Assembly: GCF_003334405.1 (NCBI RefSeq)
Contig: NZ_QOWM01000005.1
Length of the DNA: 64,000 nucleotides
DNA from: Escherichia coli
Lineage (GTDB): Bacteria > Pseudomonadota > Gammaproteobacteria > Enterobacterales > Enterobacteriaceae
Strand: one strand, 5' to 3'
The notes under the pieces are model-generated. The model did no database searches, was not told the DNA's origin, and worked only from the letters and a program-made list of their open reading frames with translations. Each line of letters opens with the position of its first letter. The first letter of the stretch is position 1. Shown one piece after another: positions 1 through 12,749 of the stretch. A program made the translations under genes and the position numbers.

Positions 1-169
1 TCTGGTATTGGGTCAGACGCTGTTTATCCAGCCCACGACCATACAGCAGCCAGCCGCTACGACCTGCGTGGTAATCCAGTGGCATCACTTCATCACCACT
101 TAATGAAAGAGGCAGACCAGGCCATAAAGAGACATCTTCAGGCAGGTCGCACCAGGTAATATTAGGCAT
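1..169 (-). CDS. serB: phosphoserine phosphatase, 5' end only (first 56 codons; gene continues past window start)
   Basis: Minus-strand ATG at 167-169 preceded by AGGAG; translation MPNITWCDLPEDVSLWPGLPLSLSGDEVMPLDYHAGRSGW matches SerB N-terminus; divergent from ytjB. Confidence 0.85.
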   Translation of the reverse strand, partial: MPNITWCDLPEDVSLWPGLPLSLSGDEVMPLDYHAGRSGWLLYGRGLDKQRLTQYQ

Positions 170-274
170 TAAGGCTCCTGTAAAATCGTTCGAAGCAGGG
201 AAAATAACGCATGAGGCTACCTTGTATCCATTGCTTCTGGCAACATTAAGTCTCAAATTTTCAAAGGGTGGAAG

Positions 275-919
275 ATGGCTCGCACAAAACTGAAATTCCG
301 GCTGCATCGGGCAGTGATTGTCCTGTTCTGTCTTGCCTTGTTAGTGGCACTGATGCAGGGGGCGTCATGGTTTAGTCAAAACCACCAGCGACAGCGTAAT
401 CCACAGCTGGAAGAACTGGCCCGCACCCTGGCGCGTCAGGTGACGCTGAACGTTGCACCGCTGATGCGTACCGACTCACCAGATGAAAAACGCATTCAGG
501 CGATCCTCGATCAGTTAACGGATGAAAGCCGCATCCTCGACGCGGGTGTGTATGACGAACAAGGCGATCTTATCGCCCGTTCAGGCGAAAGCGTCGAAGT
601 GCGCGACCGGCTGGCGCTCGACGGTAAAAAAGCAGGCGGCTATTTTAACCAGCAGATTGTCGAGCCAATTGCGGGTAAAAACGGACCGCTCGGCTATCTG
701 CGCCTGACACTCGACACCCATACGCTCGCCACCGAAGCCCAACAGGTGGATAACACCACTAACATTTTACGCCTGATGTTGCTGCTCTCACTGGCAATCG
801 GCGTAGTGCTGACCCGCACGCTGCTACAGGGTAAACGCACCCGCTGGCAGCAATCGCCCTTCCTGTTAACCGCCAGCAAACCGGTGCCGGAAGAGGAAGA
901 AAGCGAGAAAAAAGAGTGA
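275..919 (+). CDS. ytjB: inner membrane protein YtjB (Smp)
   Basis: 214-aa ORF MARTKLKFRLHRAVIVLFCLALLVAL with N-terminal TM segment; sits between serB and lplA. Confidence 0.9.
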   Translation: MARTKLKFRLHRAVIVLFCLALLVALMQGASWFSQNHQRQRNPQLEELARTLARQVTLNVAPLMRTDSPDEKRIQAILDQLTDESRILDAGVYDEQGDLIARSGESVEVRDRLALDGKKAGGYFNQQIVEPIAGKNGPLGYLRLTLDTHTLATEAQQVDNTTNILRLMLLLSLAIGVVLTRTLLQGKRTRWQQSPFLLTASKPVPEEEESEKKE

Positions 920-946
920 CCCATTACTACAAGAAAGGAAATCGTT

Positions 947-1963
947 ATGTCCACATTACGCCTGCTCATCTCTGACTCTTACGACCCGTGGTTTAACCTG
1001 GCGGTGGAAGAGTGTATTTTTCGCCAAATGCCCGCCACGCAGCGCGTTCTGTTTCTCTGGCGCAATGCCGACACGGTAGTGATTGGTCGCGCGCAGAACC
1101 CGTGGAAAGAGTGTAATACCCGGCGGATGGAAGAAGATAACGTCCGCCTGGCGCGGCGCAGTAGCGGTGGCGGCGCGGTGTTCCACGATCTCGGCAATAC
1201 CTGCTTTACCTTTATGGCTGGCAAGCCGGAGTACGATAAAACCATCTCTACGTCGATTGTGCTCAATGCGCTGAACGCGCTCGGCGTCAGCGCCGAAGCG
1301 TCCGGGCGTAACGATCTGGTGGTGAAAACAGTCGAAGGCGACCGCAAAGTCTCAGGCTCGGCCTATCGCGAAACCAAAGATCGTGGCTTCCACCACGGCA
1401 CTTTGCTGCTCAATGCCGACCTTAGCCGCCTGGCAAACTATCTCAATCCGGATAAAAAGAAACTGGCGGCGAAAGGCATTACCTCAGTGCGTTCCCGCGT
1501 GACCAACCTCACCGAGCTGCTGCCGGGGATCACCCATGAGCAGGTTTGCGAGGTCATAACCAAGGCCTTTTTCGCCCATTATGGCGAGCGTGTAGAAGCG
1601 GAAATCATCTCCCCGGACAAAACGCCAGACTTGCCAAACTTCGCCGAAACCTTTGCCCGTCAGAGTAGCTGGGAATGGAACTTCGGTCAGGCTCCGGCAT
1701 TCTCGCATCTGCTGGATGAACGCTTTAGCTGGGGCGGCGTGGAACTGCATTTCGACGTTGAAAAAGGCCATATCACCCGCGCCCAGGTGTTTACCGACAG
1801 CCTCAACCCCGCGCCGCTGGAAGCCCTCGCCGGGCGACTGCAAGGCTGCCTGTACCGCGCGGATATGCTGCAACAAGAGTGCGAAGCGCTGTTGGTTGAC
1901 TTCCCGGACCAGGAAAAAGAGCTACGGGAGTTGTCGACGTGGATAGCGGGGGCGGTAAGGTAA
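947..1963 (+). CDS. lplA: lipoate-protein ligase A
   Basis: 338-aa [28 protein letters not shown], LplA family; RBS AAGGAAA upstream. Confidence 0.95.
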   Translation: MSTLRLLISDSYDPWFNLAVEECIFRQMPATQRVLFLWRNADTVVIGRAQNPWKECNTRRMEEDNVRLARRSSGGGAVFHDLGNTCFTFMAGKPEYDKTISTSIVLNALNALGVSAEASGRNDLVVKTVEGDRKVSGSAYRETKDRGFHHGTLLLNADLSRLANYLNPDKKKLAAKGITSVRSRVTNLTELLPGITHEQVCEVITKAFFAHYGERVEAEIISPDKTPDLPNFAETFARQSSWEWNFGQAPAFSHLLDERFSWGGVELHFDVEKGHITRAQVFTDSLNPAPLEALAGRLQGCLYRADMLQQECEALLVDFPDQEKELRELSTWIAGAVR

Positions 1964-1994
1964 CTCGCTGATTAAAATACCAAAGGAAGGGAAT

Positions 1995-2258
1995 ATGATC
2001 GATCTGGAAAACCAGGAGCGGGAGATTATCAATTTAATGTTAAGCCAGCGTATTTCCTGGCTAGCCGCCGTGCGTATCAGGCATAAATTATCGCTTGCTG
2101 AAGTAAGTAAAATGTTAGGTATCTCGATTAATTCTCTAAAACAGATCGAAAAGACGGAACGGCTTAGCTCAAACATCAAAAGCAAAATGGCAGAAATTTA
2201 TGGTTGTCCACCAGAGTTGCTGATATGCCCTTCCTGGATGACGGCTGAACATAAATGA
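1995..2258 (+). CDS. small XRE/HipB-like helix-turn-helix protein (87 aa); possibly the HTH-only remnant of a yjjJ-type HipA-like kinase gene
   Basis: ORF with strong RBS AAGGAAGG 6 nt upstream of ATG; HTH motif LSLAEVSKMLGISINSLKQIEKTER; only 160 bp of AT-rich non-coding DNA follow before the deoD terminator. Confidence 0.6.
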   Translation: MIDLENQEREIINLMLSQRISWLAAVRIRHKLSLAEVSKMLGISINSLKQIEKTERLSSNIKSKMAEIYGCPPELLICPSWMTAEHK

Positions 2259-2353
2259 ATAGATTCGTGAATAGATACTTGAATGGATTTTATTTTCTAT
2301 CCATATGAAAAATAATAGTAAATCTATAAATCAGTTGCTATTGATGAATAGAT

Positions 2354-2386
2354 ACTAAAAAGCCGGAGCAGTCTCCTGCTCCGGCT
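2354..2386 (-). terminator. rho-independent terminator of the deo operon (after deoD)
   Basis: GC hairpin gccggagcag-tctc-ctgctccggc followed on the minus strand by a T-run. Confidence 0.75.
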
Positions 2387-2418
2387 TAACACGACGTTCG
2401 CCTTTCAGCGAAACACAA

Positions 2419-3138
2419 TTACTCTTTATCGCCCAGCAGAACGGATTCCAGTGCGATTTTGATCATGTCGTTGAAGGTGGTCTGACGCTCAGCGGCAGTG
2501 GTCTGCTCGTGAGTGCGGATGTGGTCAGACACGGTGCAGATGGTCAGGGCTTTCGCGCCAAACTCTGCAGCGACGCCGTAGATACCAGCCGCTTCCATTT
2601 CCACGCCGAGGATGCCGTATTTTTCCATCACGTCGAACATTTCGCCGTCCGGAGAGTAGAACAGGTCAGCGGAGAACAGGTTACCCACGCGAGCATCAAC
2701 ACCCAGTGCTTTAGCCGCGTCTACCGCGTTACGCACCATGTCAAAGTCAGCGATAGCGGCAAAGTCATGGTCTTTAAAACGGATACGGTTAACTTTGGAA
2801 TCGGTGCAGGCACCCATACCGATAACGACGTCGCGCAGTTTTACGTGCGGCAGAACTGCGCCACAGGAACCCACGCGGATAATTTTCTTCACGCCGAAAT
2901 CGGTGATCAGTTCTTTGGTGTAGATGGAGCAGGACGGGATACCCATACCGTGACCCATTACGGAAATTTTGCGGCCTTTGTAAGTACCGGTGAAGCCCAG
3001 CATACCGCGAACGTTGTTCACTTCACGGGCATCTTCAAGGAAAGTTTCAGCAATATACTTCGCACGCAGCGGGTCGCCTGGCATCAAAACTACGTCAGCG
3101 AAATCGCCCATTTCTGCATTAATGTGTGGGGTAGCCAT
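2419..3138 (-). CDS. deoD: purine nucleoside phosphorylase
   Basis: 239-aa [39 protein letters not shown]; deoCABD order. Confidence 0.97.
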   Translation of the reverse strand: MATPHINAEMGDFADVVLMPGDPLRAKYIAETFLEDAREVNNVRGMLGFTGTYKGRKISVMGHGMGIPSCSIYTKELITDFGVKKIIRVGSCGAVLPHVKLRDVVIGMGACTDSKVNRIRFKDHDFAAIADFDMVRNAVDAAKALGVDARVGNLFSADLFYSPDGEMFDVMEKYGILGVEMEAAGIYGVAAEFGAKALTICTVSDHIRTHEQTTAAERQTTFNDMIKIALESVLLGDKE

Positions 3139-3217
3139 TGTTTTATCCTTATCAACATGTTTTCACCCTCTCCCTGTGGGAGAGGGCCGGGGTGAGGGCA
3201 TCAAGCCGCACCCATTA

Positions 3218-4462
<1,245 letters not shown>

Positions 4463-4492
4463 TCAAATTTAAATGATCAGATCAGTATACCG

Positions 4493-5815
4493 TTATTCGC
4501 TGATACGGCGATAGACAGTTGGTGTGCTTTCCGGTGCTTTATCGGCAAGTTTAATTGCCGCTTTCACCGCTTTCGCCGCTTCCTGCCAGCTGTTTTCGTC
4601 TTTCGCGTGGATAACCGCCAGCGGACGCTGACCGTCTACCTGGTCGCCCAAACGCGCCATATCAGTAAAGCCGACGCTGTAATCAATGGTGTCAGATGCC
4701 TGACGACGACCGCCGCCCATTGCAACCACTGCCATCCCCAGCGCGCGGGTATCCATTTCACTGACAAAACCTTCGGTATCAGCATAGACTGCTTTCGTCA
4801 GCATCGCTGTCGGCAGATACTTCGCGTAGTTCTCAACGAAGTCGGTCGGGCCTTTTTGTGCCGCTACCATACGACCAAAGACTTCTGCCGCTTTACCGTT
4901 GTCCAGCACCGCCTGCAATTTCGCGCGCGCTTCGGCGTCATCTTTCGCCAGTTTGCCGGAGATCAGCATCTCCACGCACAGCGCCATCGTGACATCAAAC
5001 AGACGCGGGTTACGATATTCACCCGTCAGGAACTGCACCGCTTCACGAACTTCAACCGCGTTACCTGCACTGGAGGCCAGTACCTGATTCATGTCGGTGA
5101 GCAGCGCGGTGGTGCGCACGCCAGCGCCGTTAGCCACGCCAACAATCGCTTCGGCAAGGGCTTCAGAGAGTTCGTAGGTCGGCATAAACGCGCCGCTACC
5201 CACTTTCACGTCCATCACCAGCGCGTCCAGACCTTCCGCCAGTTTCTTCGCCAGAATAGAGGCGGTGATCAGCGGGATGGAGTCCACGGTTGCGGTAATA
5301 TCACGGGTCGCGTAGAAACGTTTATCCGCCGGAGCCAGTGAGCTGGTCTGACCGATAATCGCCACGCCGACGTCTTTAATAATTTCGCGGAAACGGTTGT
5401 CATCCGGGAAAATGTCGAAGCCAGGGATGGATTCCAGTTTGTCGAGCGTACCGCCAGTATGACCGAGGCCGCGACCGGAGATCATCGGAATATAGCCGCC
5501 GCAGGCTGCGACCATCGGCCCCAACATCAGCGAAGTCACATCGCCGACGCCGCCGGTGGAGTGTTTATCAACAATCGGGCCATTCAGATGCAGGCTTTTC
5601 CAGTCGAGAACGGTTCCTGAATCTCGCATCGCCATGGTCAGCGAGACACGCTCAGGCATTGTCATATCGTGGAAGAAAATGGTCATCGCGAGGGCGGCAA
5701 TCTGCCCTTCGGAGATAGTGTTGTCGCGAATACCGTTGATAAAGAAACGAATTTCTTCATCGCTTAGCGCATGACCATCACGTTTTTTACGAATAATTTC
5801 TTGTGCGAGAAACAA
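4493..5815 (-). CDS. deoA: thymidine phosphorylase
   Basis: 440-aa [28 protein letters not shown] with TTG start codon. Confidence 0.96.
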
Positions 5816-5825
5816 GGTAACCTCC

Positions 5826-5938
5826 CGAGGAAAAGAGTATGAGGCGGCTTTTGCCGGATGCGTCTACGCCTTATCCGGCCTACGGGTAGATACGTCTCGT
5901 AGGCCTGATAAGCGCAGCGCATCAGGCGTAAAGCATCT
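5826..5938. repeat. REP-type palindromic elements in the deoC-deoA intergenic region
   Basis: gccggatgcg...cgccttatccggcctac and inverted partner cctgataagcgcagcgcatcaggc. Confidence 0.6.
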
Positions 5939-5941
5939 TAC

Positions 5942-6721
5942 TTAGTAGCTGCTGGCGCTCTTACCGTCGCCGTGGCCCAGCGCTTTCAGCAGGCTTGCCA
6001 GCAGGCTGGAAGCACCAAAGCGGTAGTGACGCGCATCAGCCCAGTCAGCACCGAACAGTTCATCTGCGATGGCGAGATATTTCTGCGCATCTTCCGCAGT
6101 ACGCACGCCGCCCGCCGGTTTGAAACCAACGGTTTTTTCTACGCCCATATCACGGATCACTTCCATCATGATGCGCGCGCTTTCCGGCGTCGCGTTCACA
6201 GCCACTTTACCGGTAGAGGTTTTGATGAAGTCCGCACCCGCTTTGATGGAGATTTCAGACGCTTTACGGATCAGCGCTTCGTCTTTCAGTTCGCCGGTTT
6301 CGATGATCACTTTCAGCAGTACATTCGCTGCCGCGCAAGCCTCTTTACAGGCTTTCACCAGGTCAAAACCAACCTGCTCGTTACCCGCCATCAGCGCGCG
6401 GTACGGGAACACAACGTCAACTTCATCTGCACCGTAGGCGATTGCCGCACGGGTTTCTGCCAGCGCGATTTCGATGTCATCGTTACCGTGTGGGAAGTTG
6501 GTTACCGTAGCGATTCGGATTTCCGGGGTGCCCTGCTCTTTCAGCGTTTTGCGAGCAATCGGGATAAAGCGAGGATAGATACAGATAGCGGCGGTATTGC
6601 CGACCGGAGTTTTGGCCTGATGACACAGAGCAATTACTTTCTCGTCGGTGTCGTCGTCATTCAGGGTGGTCAGGTCCATCAATTTCAGTGCACGCAGGCT
6701 GCTTGCTTTCAGATCAGTCAT
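5942..6721 (-). CDS. deoC: deoxyribose-phosphate aldolase
   Basis: 259-aa product from ATG at 6719-6721 ([24 protein letters not shown]); the ORF track extends to an upstream TTG. Confidence 0.95.
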
Positions 6722-6765
6722 TTCATTCTCCTGGCTTGTCGCCAATAAAATTCACCTTGCGAGTT

Positions 6766-6781
6766 TGTTAGTATTCTAACA
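6766..6781. promoter_or_regulatory. DeoR operator O2 at deoP2 (imperfect palindrome tgttagtattctaaca)
   Basis: 16-bp palindrome 45 bp upstream of deoC ATG; exactly 600 bp from the perfect copy at 7366. Confidence 0.7.
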
Positions 6782-6979
6782 TCTACTCCGCAACACACTT
6801 CGATATACATCACAATTAAGGAAATCTACTTACAAGTTTGCATCACTGTAATGCGATCTGGTTCAAATAATTCACTTTCAAATGAATGCGTCAGTGGTGG
6901 CAAACGCATCAGGATCAAAGTGAACATCACGAAACTTCTTACAATGGCGCATCACCTTCGGCATAAAAAGGAACAGAAG

Positions 6980-8530
6980 ATGTCCACTTCTCATGAAAAT
7001 GCACTGCAACAACGTTGCCAGCAAATTGTCACCAGCCCAGTGCTTAGCCCGGAGCAGAAGCGCCATTTTCTGGCACTGGAAGCAGAAAACAATCTGCCTT
7101 ACCCACAGCTGCCTGCCGAAGCCCGCCGCGCGCTGGATGAAGGTGTAATCTGCGATATGTTTGAAGGTCATGCGCCGTACAAACCGCGCTATGTCTTACC
7201 CGATTACGCCCGTTTTCTGGCGAACGGTTCCGAATGGCTGGAGCTGGAAGGCGCGAAAGATCTTGATGACGCACTCTCTCTGCTGACCATTCTTTACCAC
7301 CACGTACCGTCGGTCACATCGATGCCGGTCTACCTGGGGCAACTGGATGCGTTGTTGCAACCGTATGTTAGAATTCTAACACAAGACGAGATCGATATTC
7401 GAATAAAACGTTTCTGGCGTTACCTCGACAGAACCCTGCCAGACGCCTTTATGCACGCCAATATCGGCCCGTCTGATTCGCCCATTACCCGTGCAATCTT
7501 ACGTGCAGACGCAGAGTTGAAGCAGGTTTCACCGAACCTGACCTTTATCTACGATCCTGAAATCACCCCTGATGACCTACTGCTGGAAGTGGCGAAGAAC
7601 ATCTGTGAATGTAGCAAACCGCACATCGCCAACGGTCCGGTGCATGATAAAATTTTCACAAAAGGGGGCTACGGGATTGTGAGCTGTTACAACTCACTGC
7701 CGCTGGCGGGTGGTGGCAGCACGCTGGTACGCCTTAACCTGAAAGCCATTGCCGAGCGCAGCGAATCGCTGGATGACTTCTTTACGCGCACTCTACCGCA
7801 CTACTGCCAGCAGCAGATCGCCATCATCGATGCGCGGTGTGAATTCCTCTATCAACAATCACACTTCTTTGAGAATAGCTTCCTGGTGAAAGAAGGGCTG
7901 ATTAACCCTGAACGTTTTGTGCCAATGTTTGGCATGTATGGGCTGGCGGAAGCGGTTAACTTGCTGTGTGAGAAAGAAGGGATTGCCGCGCGCTACGGTA
8001 AAGAAGCCGCCGCAAATGAAGTGGGTTATCGCATCAGCGCGCAACTGGCGGAGTTTGTCGCCAATACCCCCGTGAAATATGGCTGGCAAAAACGCGCCAT
8101 GTTACACGCACAGTCGGGGATCAGTTCCGATATCGGCACCACGCCGGGCGCGCGTTTACCCTATGGCGATGAGCCAGATCCGATCACCCATCTGCAAACT
8201 GTCGCCCCGCATCATGCTTATTATTATTCCGGCATCAGCGACATTCTGACGCTCGACGAAACCATCAAACGTAATCCGCAGGCGCTGGTACAGCTTTGCC
8301 TCGGTGCCTTTAAAGCCGGAATGCGTGAATTTACCGCCAATGTCAGCGGTAACGATCTGGTTCGCGTTACCGGTTATATGGTGCGTTTGTCGGATTTAGA
8401 AAAATATCGCGCCGAAGGTTCACGCACCAACACCACCTGGCTGGGCGAAGAAGCCGCACGCAACACTCGTATTCTGGAACGCCAGCCGCGCGTGATAAGC
8501 CATGAACAGCAGATGCGCTTTAGTCAGTAA
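6980..8530 (+). CDS. yjjI: YjjI-family glycyl-radical-enzyme-like protein (516 aa)
   Basis: ORF from ATG 6980 ([17 protein letters not shown]); track ORF extends upstream to 6851; 3' end overlaps yjjW by 29 bp. Confidence 0.9.
   Translation: MSTSHENALQQRCQQIVTSPVLSPEQKRHFLALEAENNLPYPQLPAEARRALDEGVICDMFEGHAPYKPRYVLPDYARFLANGSEWLELEGAKDLDDALSLLTILYHHVPSVTSMPVYLGQLDALLQPYVRILTQDEIDIRIKRFWRYLDRTLPDAFMHANIGPSDSPITRAILRADAELKQVSPNLTFIYDPEITPDDLLLEVAKNICECSKPHIANGPVHDKIFTKGGYGIVSCYNSLPLAGGGSTLVRLNLKAIAERSESLDDFFTRTLPHYCQQQIAIIDARCEFLYQQSHFFENSFLVKEGLINPERFVPMFGMYGLAEAVNLLCEKEGIAARYGKEAAANEVGYRISAQLAEFVANTPVKYGWQKRAMLHAQSGISSDIGTTPGARLPYGDEPDPITHLQTVAPHHAYYYSGISDILTLDETIKRNPQALVQLCLGAFKAGMREFTANVSGNDLVRVTGYMVRLSDLEKYRAEGSRTNTTWLGEEAARNTRILERQPRVISHEQQMRFSQ
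7366..7381. promoter_or_regulatory. DeoR operator O1 at deoP1 (perfect palindrome tgttagaattctaaca), inside yjjI coding sequence
   Basis: perfect 16-bp palindrome; 600 bp from O2. Confidence 0.75.
7645..7660. promoter_or_regulatory. candidate distal DeoR operator OE (tgataaaattttcaca, 12 of 16 matches)
   Basis: lies exactly 279 bp beyond O1, the spacing I recall for OE; weaker palindrome. Confidence 0.45.
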
Positions 8531-9365
8531 GATTATCCCCTTCTCCTGCGTTGACGGGCCAGGCAGTCGTCTGGCTCTGTTTTTGCAGGGCTGCAATCTG
8601 CGCTGCAAAAACTGTCACAATCCGTGGACGATGGGGCGCTGTAATCATTGCGGAGAGTGCGTGCCACAGTGTCCGCATCAGGCGTTGCAGATTGTTGACG
8701 GCAAAGTGGTGTGGAACGCTGCGGTCTGCGAGCAGTGTGATACCTGCCTGAAGAGGTGTCCGCAACATGCCACGCCGATGGCGCAATCCATGAGCGTGGA
8801 CGAAGTGCTTAGCCATGTCCGCAAAGCGGTGCTGTTTATTGAAGGGATAACGGTAAGCGGCGGCGAAGCCACGACCCAACTGCCGTTTGTAGTGGCGCTG
8901 TTTACTGCTATCAAAAACGATCCGCAACTGCGCCATCTCACCTGTCTGGTGGACAGTAACGGCATGTTGAGCGAAACCGGCTGGGAAAAATTACTCCCGG
9001 TGTGTGACGGCGCAATGCTCGATCTCAAAGCATGGGGTAGCGAATGTCATCAACAATTAACCGGACGCGATAATCAGCAGATTAAGCGCAGCATCTGTTT
9101 GCTGGCAGAGCGCGGCAAGCTGGCGGAACTGCGTTTGCTGGTAATCCCTGGCCAGGTGGATTATTTGCAACACATCGAAGAACTGGCGGCGTTTATCAAG
9201 GGACTTGGCGATGTTCCGGTACGCCTGAACGCGTTTCATGCCCACGGCGTGTATGGCGAGGCGCAAAGCTGGGCGAGCGCCACGCCGGAAGACGTTGAGC
9301 CGTTGGCTGATGCATTAAAGGTGCGCGGGGTGGGCCGGTTGATATTTCCGGCGCTGTATTTGTGA
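8502..9365 (+). CDS. yjjW: glycyl-radical enzyme activating protein (radical SAM, ferredoxin-like Cys clusters)
   Basis: 287-aa ORF with CxxCxxC-type cysteine motifs ([32 protein letters not shown]). Confidence 0.9.
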   Translation: MNSRCALVSKIIPFSCVDGPGSRLALFLQGCNLRCKNCHNPWTMGRCNHCGECVPQCPHQALQIVDGKVVWNAAVCEQCDTCLKRCPQHATPMAQSMSVDEVLSHVRKAVLFIEGITVSGGEATTQLPFVVALFTAIKNDPQLRHLTCLVDSNGMLSETGWEKLLPVCDGAMLDLKAWGSECHQQLTGRDNQQIKRSICLLAERGKLAELRLLVIPGQVDYLQHIEELAAFIKGLGDVPVRLNAFHAHGVYGEAQSWASATPEDVEPLADALKVRGVGRLIFPALYL

Positions 9366-9366
9366 C

Positions 9367-9870
<504 letters not shown>

Positions 9871-9881
9871 CGAAGGGTAAA

Positions 9882-10664
9882 CTACCCACTAACGCTAAAC
9901 AACGCATACGTATTATTAAGCAACACTTCGGCAATCTCATCTTCTGGTTCCGGGCGCAACTCGCAAAGCACGTCAAACACCCGCACAGCCTGTTCCGGTC
10001 GGTTAGGCTGCCCCTGAAAGCCGTTGAGCGGCATATCCGGCGCGTCGGTTTCCAGCAACAACGATGCCAGCGGTAATTTTGCGATGACATCGCGGGTTTT
10101 ACTGGCGCGTGGATAGGTGATAGTACCGCCTACGCCGATTTTGTAGCCCAGCTGTACAAACCGCTCGGCCTGTTGCAGGCTGCCGGAAAAACCGTGAACC
10201 ACGCCAGTGCACGGTAAATCGTGACGTTTAAGATGCATCGCCAGTTTGTCGTGTGTACGCCGGGAATGAAGGATCACCGGCAGATCGTAGCGTTTCGCCA
10301 GTTTCAGCTGTTCGTCGAGTAACCACTGCTGCCTCTCAAATTGCGGATCGTCGCCGAAGAGATCCAGACCGATCTCCCCCACCGCCACCACCTTCGCCGG
10401 ACGCCTTTCCAGCGCCTGCTGTAGCTGATCAAGAGACACATCGCTATGTTTTTCCAACATCCCCGGATGCAACCCCAATGCGGCATACAGCGGTTGATAT
10501 TTTTCCGCTAACGCCTGCACGCGGGCAAAATTTTCCGCCTCTGTCGCCGGAACAATGATCTTGCCTACGCCCGCTTGTGCCGCGCGTTGCAGGCTGGCCT
10601 CTTCATCGCCACTAAACGGCGGGAAATCAAAATGGCAGTGGGTATCGATAAAACGGCAAATCAA
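9882..10664 (-). CDS. yjjV: TatD-family metal-dependent hydrolase/DNase
   Basis: 260-aa ORF MICRFIDTHCHFDFPPF, typical TatD N-terminus. Confidence 0.9.
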   Translation of the reverse strand: MICRFIDTHCHFDFPPFSGDEEASLQRAAQAGVGKIIVPATEAENFARVQALAEKYQPLYAALGLHPGMLEKHSDVSLDQLQQALERRPAKVVAVGEIGLDLFGDDPQFERQQWLLDEQLKLAKRYDLPVILHSRRTHDKLAMHLKRHDLPCTGVVHGFSGSLQQAERFVQLGYKIGVGGTITYPRASKTRDVIAKLPLASLLLETDAPDMPLNGFQGQPNRPEQAVRVFDVLCELRPEPEDEIAEVLLNNTYALFSVSG

Positions 10665-11770
10665 GCCAGATCCTCATTGTTAAATGTCGGGTCGTTCGCC
10701 TGCGGAGCATCGCTCACTTCGGCAACCAGCGTATCGTTGGCGACTGGCGCAGGCGGAATAACGATCGATTCCGGCGTCACCACTGGCACCAGATGGCGGG
10801 TAAGCGGCGCTTTTTCAGTTAATAGCTTGCCAACCGTGGCGAGGAAATAACGACCGCATAAACGCCCAAGTTTATAGTCTTCACGCAGCGCCGGAATCCG
10901 ACTGCCAAGCGCGATACTATGTAATGGTTTCGGTGGATAAATTTCGAATATCCGCAGCTTGCCCGGTGGTTTCTCAATAAATTGCTGAATGTCACGATAG
11001 CTGGTTTCATGATGCTGCACCAGATTGACCAGCGGCTGCAGGCTACTGTCACCCAGCCAGCGTTCCATGCGTTTGAACCACTGCGGCGTGTAGTACATTT
11101 GTGACGGCACAGTGCGGATGACGACCAACGTTTTAGCGCCCTGCCTTGCCGCCTCTTTAACCGGAATCGCATCACTGATCCCGCCATCCAGGTAGTTAAT
11201 GCCTTCCAGCGACACTCCGCTACGATAAAAGCCAGGTATCGCACTGGAGGCGCGAATCACATCCAGCCAGTTTTGTTTGGTTGGTAAAAAGTAATTCGGC
11301 GCGTAGTCATCCTGACGACAGGCGCACATATAAAACGATTTGCCGCTGTCAAACAACCGCGCGGCGGTATCCATTTGCAACGGCATCTGGCTTGCGGTGG
11401 CCTCCACCAGCCAGTCGAGATCGATAAGATTTCCTCCACGGACAAAGCGCAATGGATCGAAAAATTCGCGTTTTGTGGTATAGCACATGATGACTTTGCG
11501 CGCGTAACCGGGCTGATTGCAGATAAACGCCGAGAGGTTCTGCGCCCCGGCAGATGTGCCGAGATAAAGATCGAAAGGATTAAACTGCGCGCGCATAAAC
11601 TCATCCAGCACGCCAGCCGTGAAAATTCCACGCTGTCCGCCGCCTTCGCACACCAGAGCTATTCGTCCAGGCTGGAACGGCCTTAGCGACAACGGCGCAA
11701 TATTACCAAGCGTTACAGGTATTCGCTGCCCCACCTCTGCCTTCCTGTTTTTGTTGTGAAAGAATGACAA
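10661..11770 (-). CDS. yjjU: patatin-like phospholipase family protein
   Basis: ORF with GxSxG motif (LGTSAGAQN); exact start uncertain; overlaps yjjV by 4 bp. Confidence 0.85.
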   Translation of the reverse strand: MSFFHNKNRKAEVGQRIPVTLGNIAPLSLRPFQPGRIALVCEGGGQRGIFTAGVLDEFMRAQFNPFDLYLGTSAGAQNLSAFICNQPGYARKVIMCYTTKREFFDPLRFVRGGNLIDLDWLVEATASQMPLQMDTAARLFDSGKSFYMCACRQDDYAPNYFLPTKQNWLDVIRASSAIPGFYRSGVSLEGINYLDGGISDAIPVKEAARQGAKTLVVIRTVPSQMYYTPQWFKRMERWLGDSSLQPLVNLVQHHETSYRDIQQFIEKPPGKLRIFEIYPPKPLHSIALGSRIPALREDYKLGRLCGRYFLATVGKLLTEKAPLTRHLVPVVTPESIVIPPAPVANDTLVAEVSDAPQANDPTFNNEDLA

Positions 11771-11855
11771 AGTAACGCAATTTATTATTCGCTAAAACCG
11801 CAAAAGCCAGTCCGCTGGACTGGCTTTGGATAAAATTTTCTTAATGGTCTGAAAT

Positions 11856-12017
11856 CTAGGGTCGTTTTCGGCCCATGAACAAACTCACCAGGAACAGAAT
11901 AATCCCGACGACAAAGACAATTTTAGCTGCGCCTGCAGCGGTACCGGCCAGACCACCAAACCCAAGTGCGGCGGCGATTAACGCGATAACCAGAAATATG
12001 ATGCCCCAACGAAACAT
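11856..12017 (-). CDS. ytjA: small membrane protein YtjA (DUF1328, 53 aa)
   Basis: [53 protein letters not shown] from ATG at 12017. Confidence 0.8.
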
Positions 12018-12143
12018 AAGCGTCTCCTTTACCATAGTTAATGTCACCGCTTGATATGAGCGTGAAAATCACTCAATGCGATATTTTTAGTGTGGTGCAC
12101 ATCGCGCCTCCCGACAAAGTTCGGGAGGACGAATTACGACGAA

Positions 12144-12749
12144 TTACTTAGTTTTCAGATCATTTTTAACGCTTTTCACACCATCTACCGCTTTGGCGAT
12201 ACTTTCAGCACGGTCACTTTGTGCCTGAGAATCTACGGTACCGGAGAGCTGAACCACGCCATCGGTGGTTTCAACTTTCACATGACGGGAAGGGACGATA
12301 TCGTCCGCCAGCAGTTTGGCTTTGATTTCACTGGTGGTGGCGGTGTCACCCGCGTAGCCCTTCACCGAGCCTTCTTTAGCGTCGCGAACGTGCAGTTTGT
12401 CGCTGACAGAGGTCACCCCTTCAACGCCTTTCGCCACTTTCACTGCCTCTTCGGCCTGGGCCTGGCTTTCAACGAAACCGCTCAGGGTCACGACTTTTTG
12501 ATCGGTTTTTACAGAGATATCGGTGCTCTTGATGTTGTCATGATCCACCAGGGCCGCCTTCACTTTCGCGGTGATGGCGCTGTCATCCATGAAATTACCG
12601 ACTTTATTCATAGAGCTATCGACTTTTTGCCCTGCGCTTTCATTGGTAGTCTGTGCGTTGTTTTCCGCGTAGGCAGAGCCGGTCGCGACGGCAGAGGTCA
12701 ACATTACAGCCAGCAGAGTTTTCGAAATCTTCAGTCTTGTCATAGTCAT
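12144..12749 (-). CDS. osmY: osmotically inducible periplasmic protein OsmY (two BON domains)
   Basis: 201-aa product [28 protein letters not shown] with signal peptide. Confidence 0.95.

Noticed and set aside
6851-6979. N-terminal extension of the yjjI ORF (559 versus 516 aa)
   Set aside because: The extension overlaps the deoP2 promoter/operator region and has no RBS; ATG 6980 is the more plausible start.
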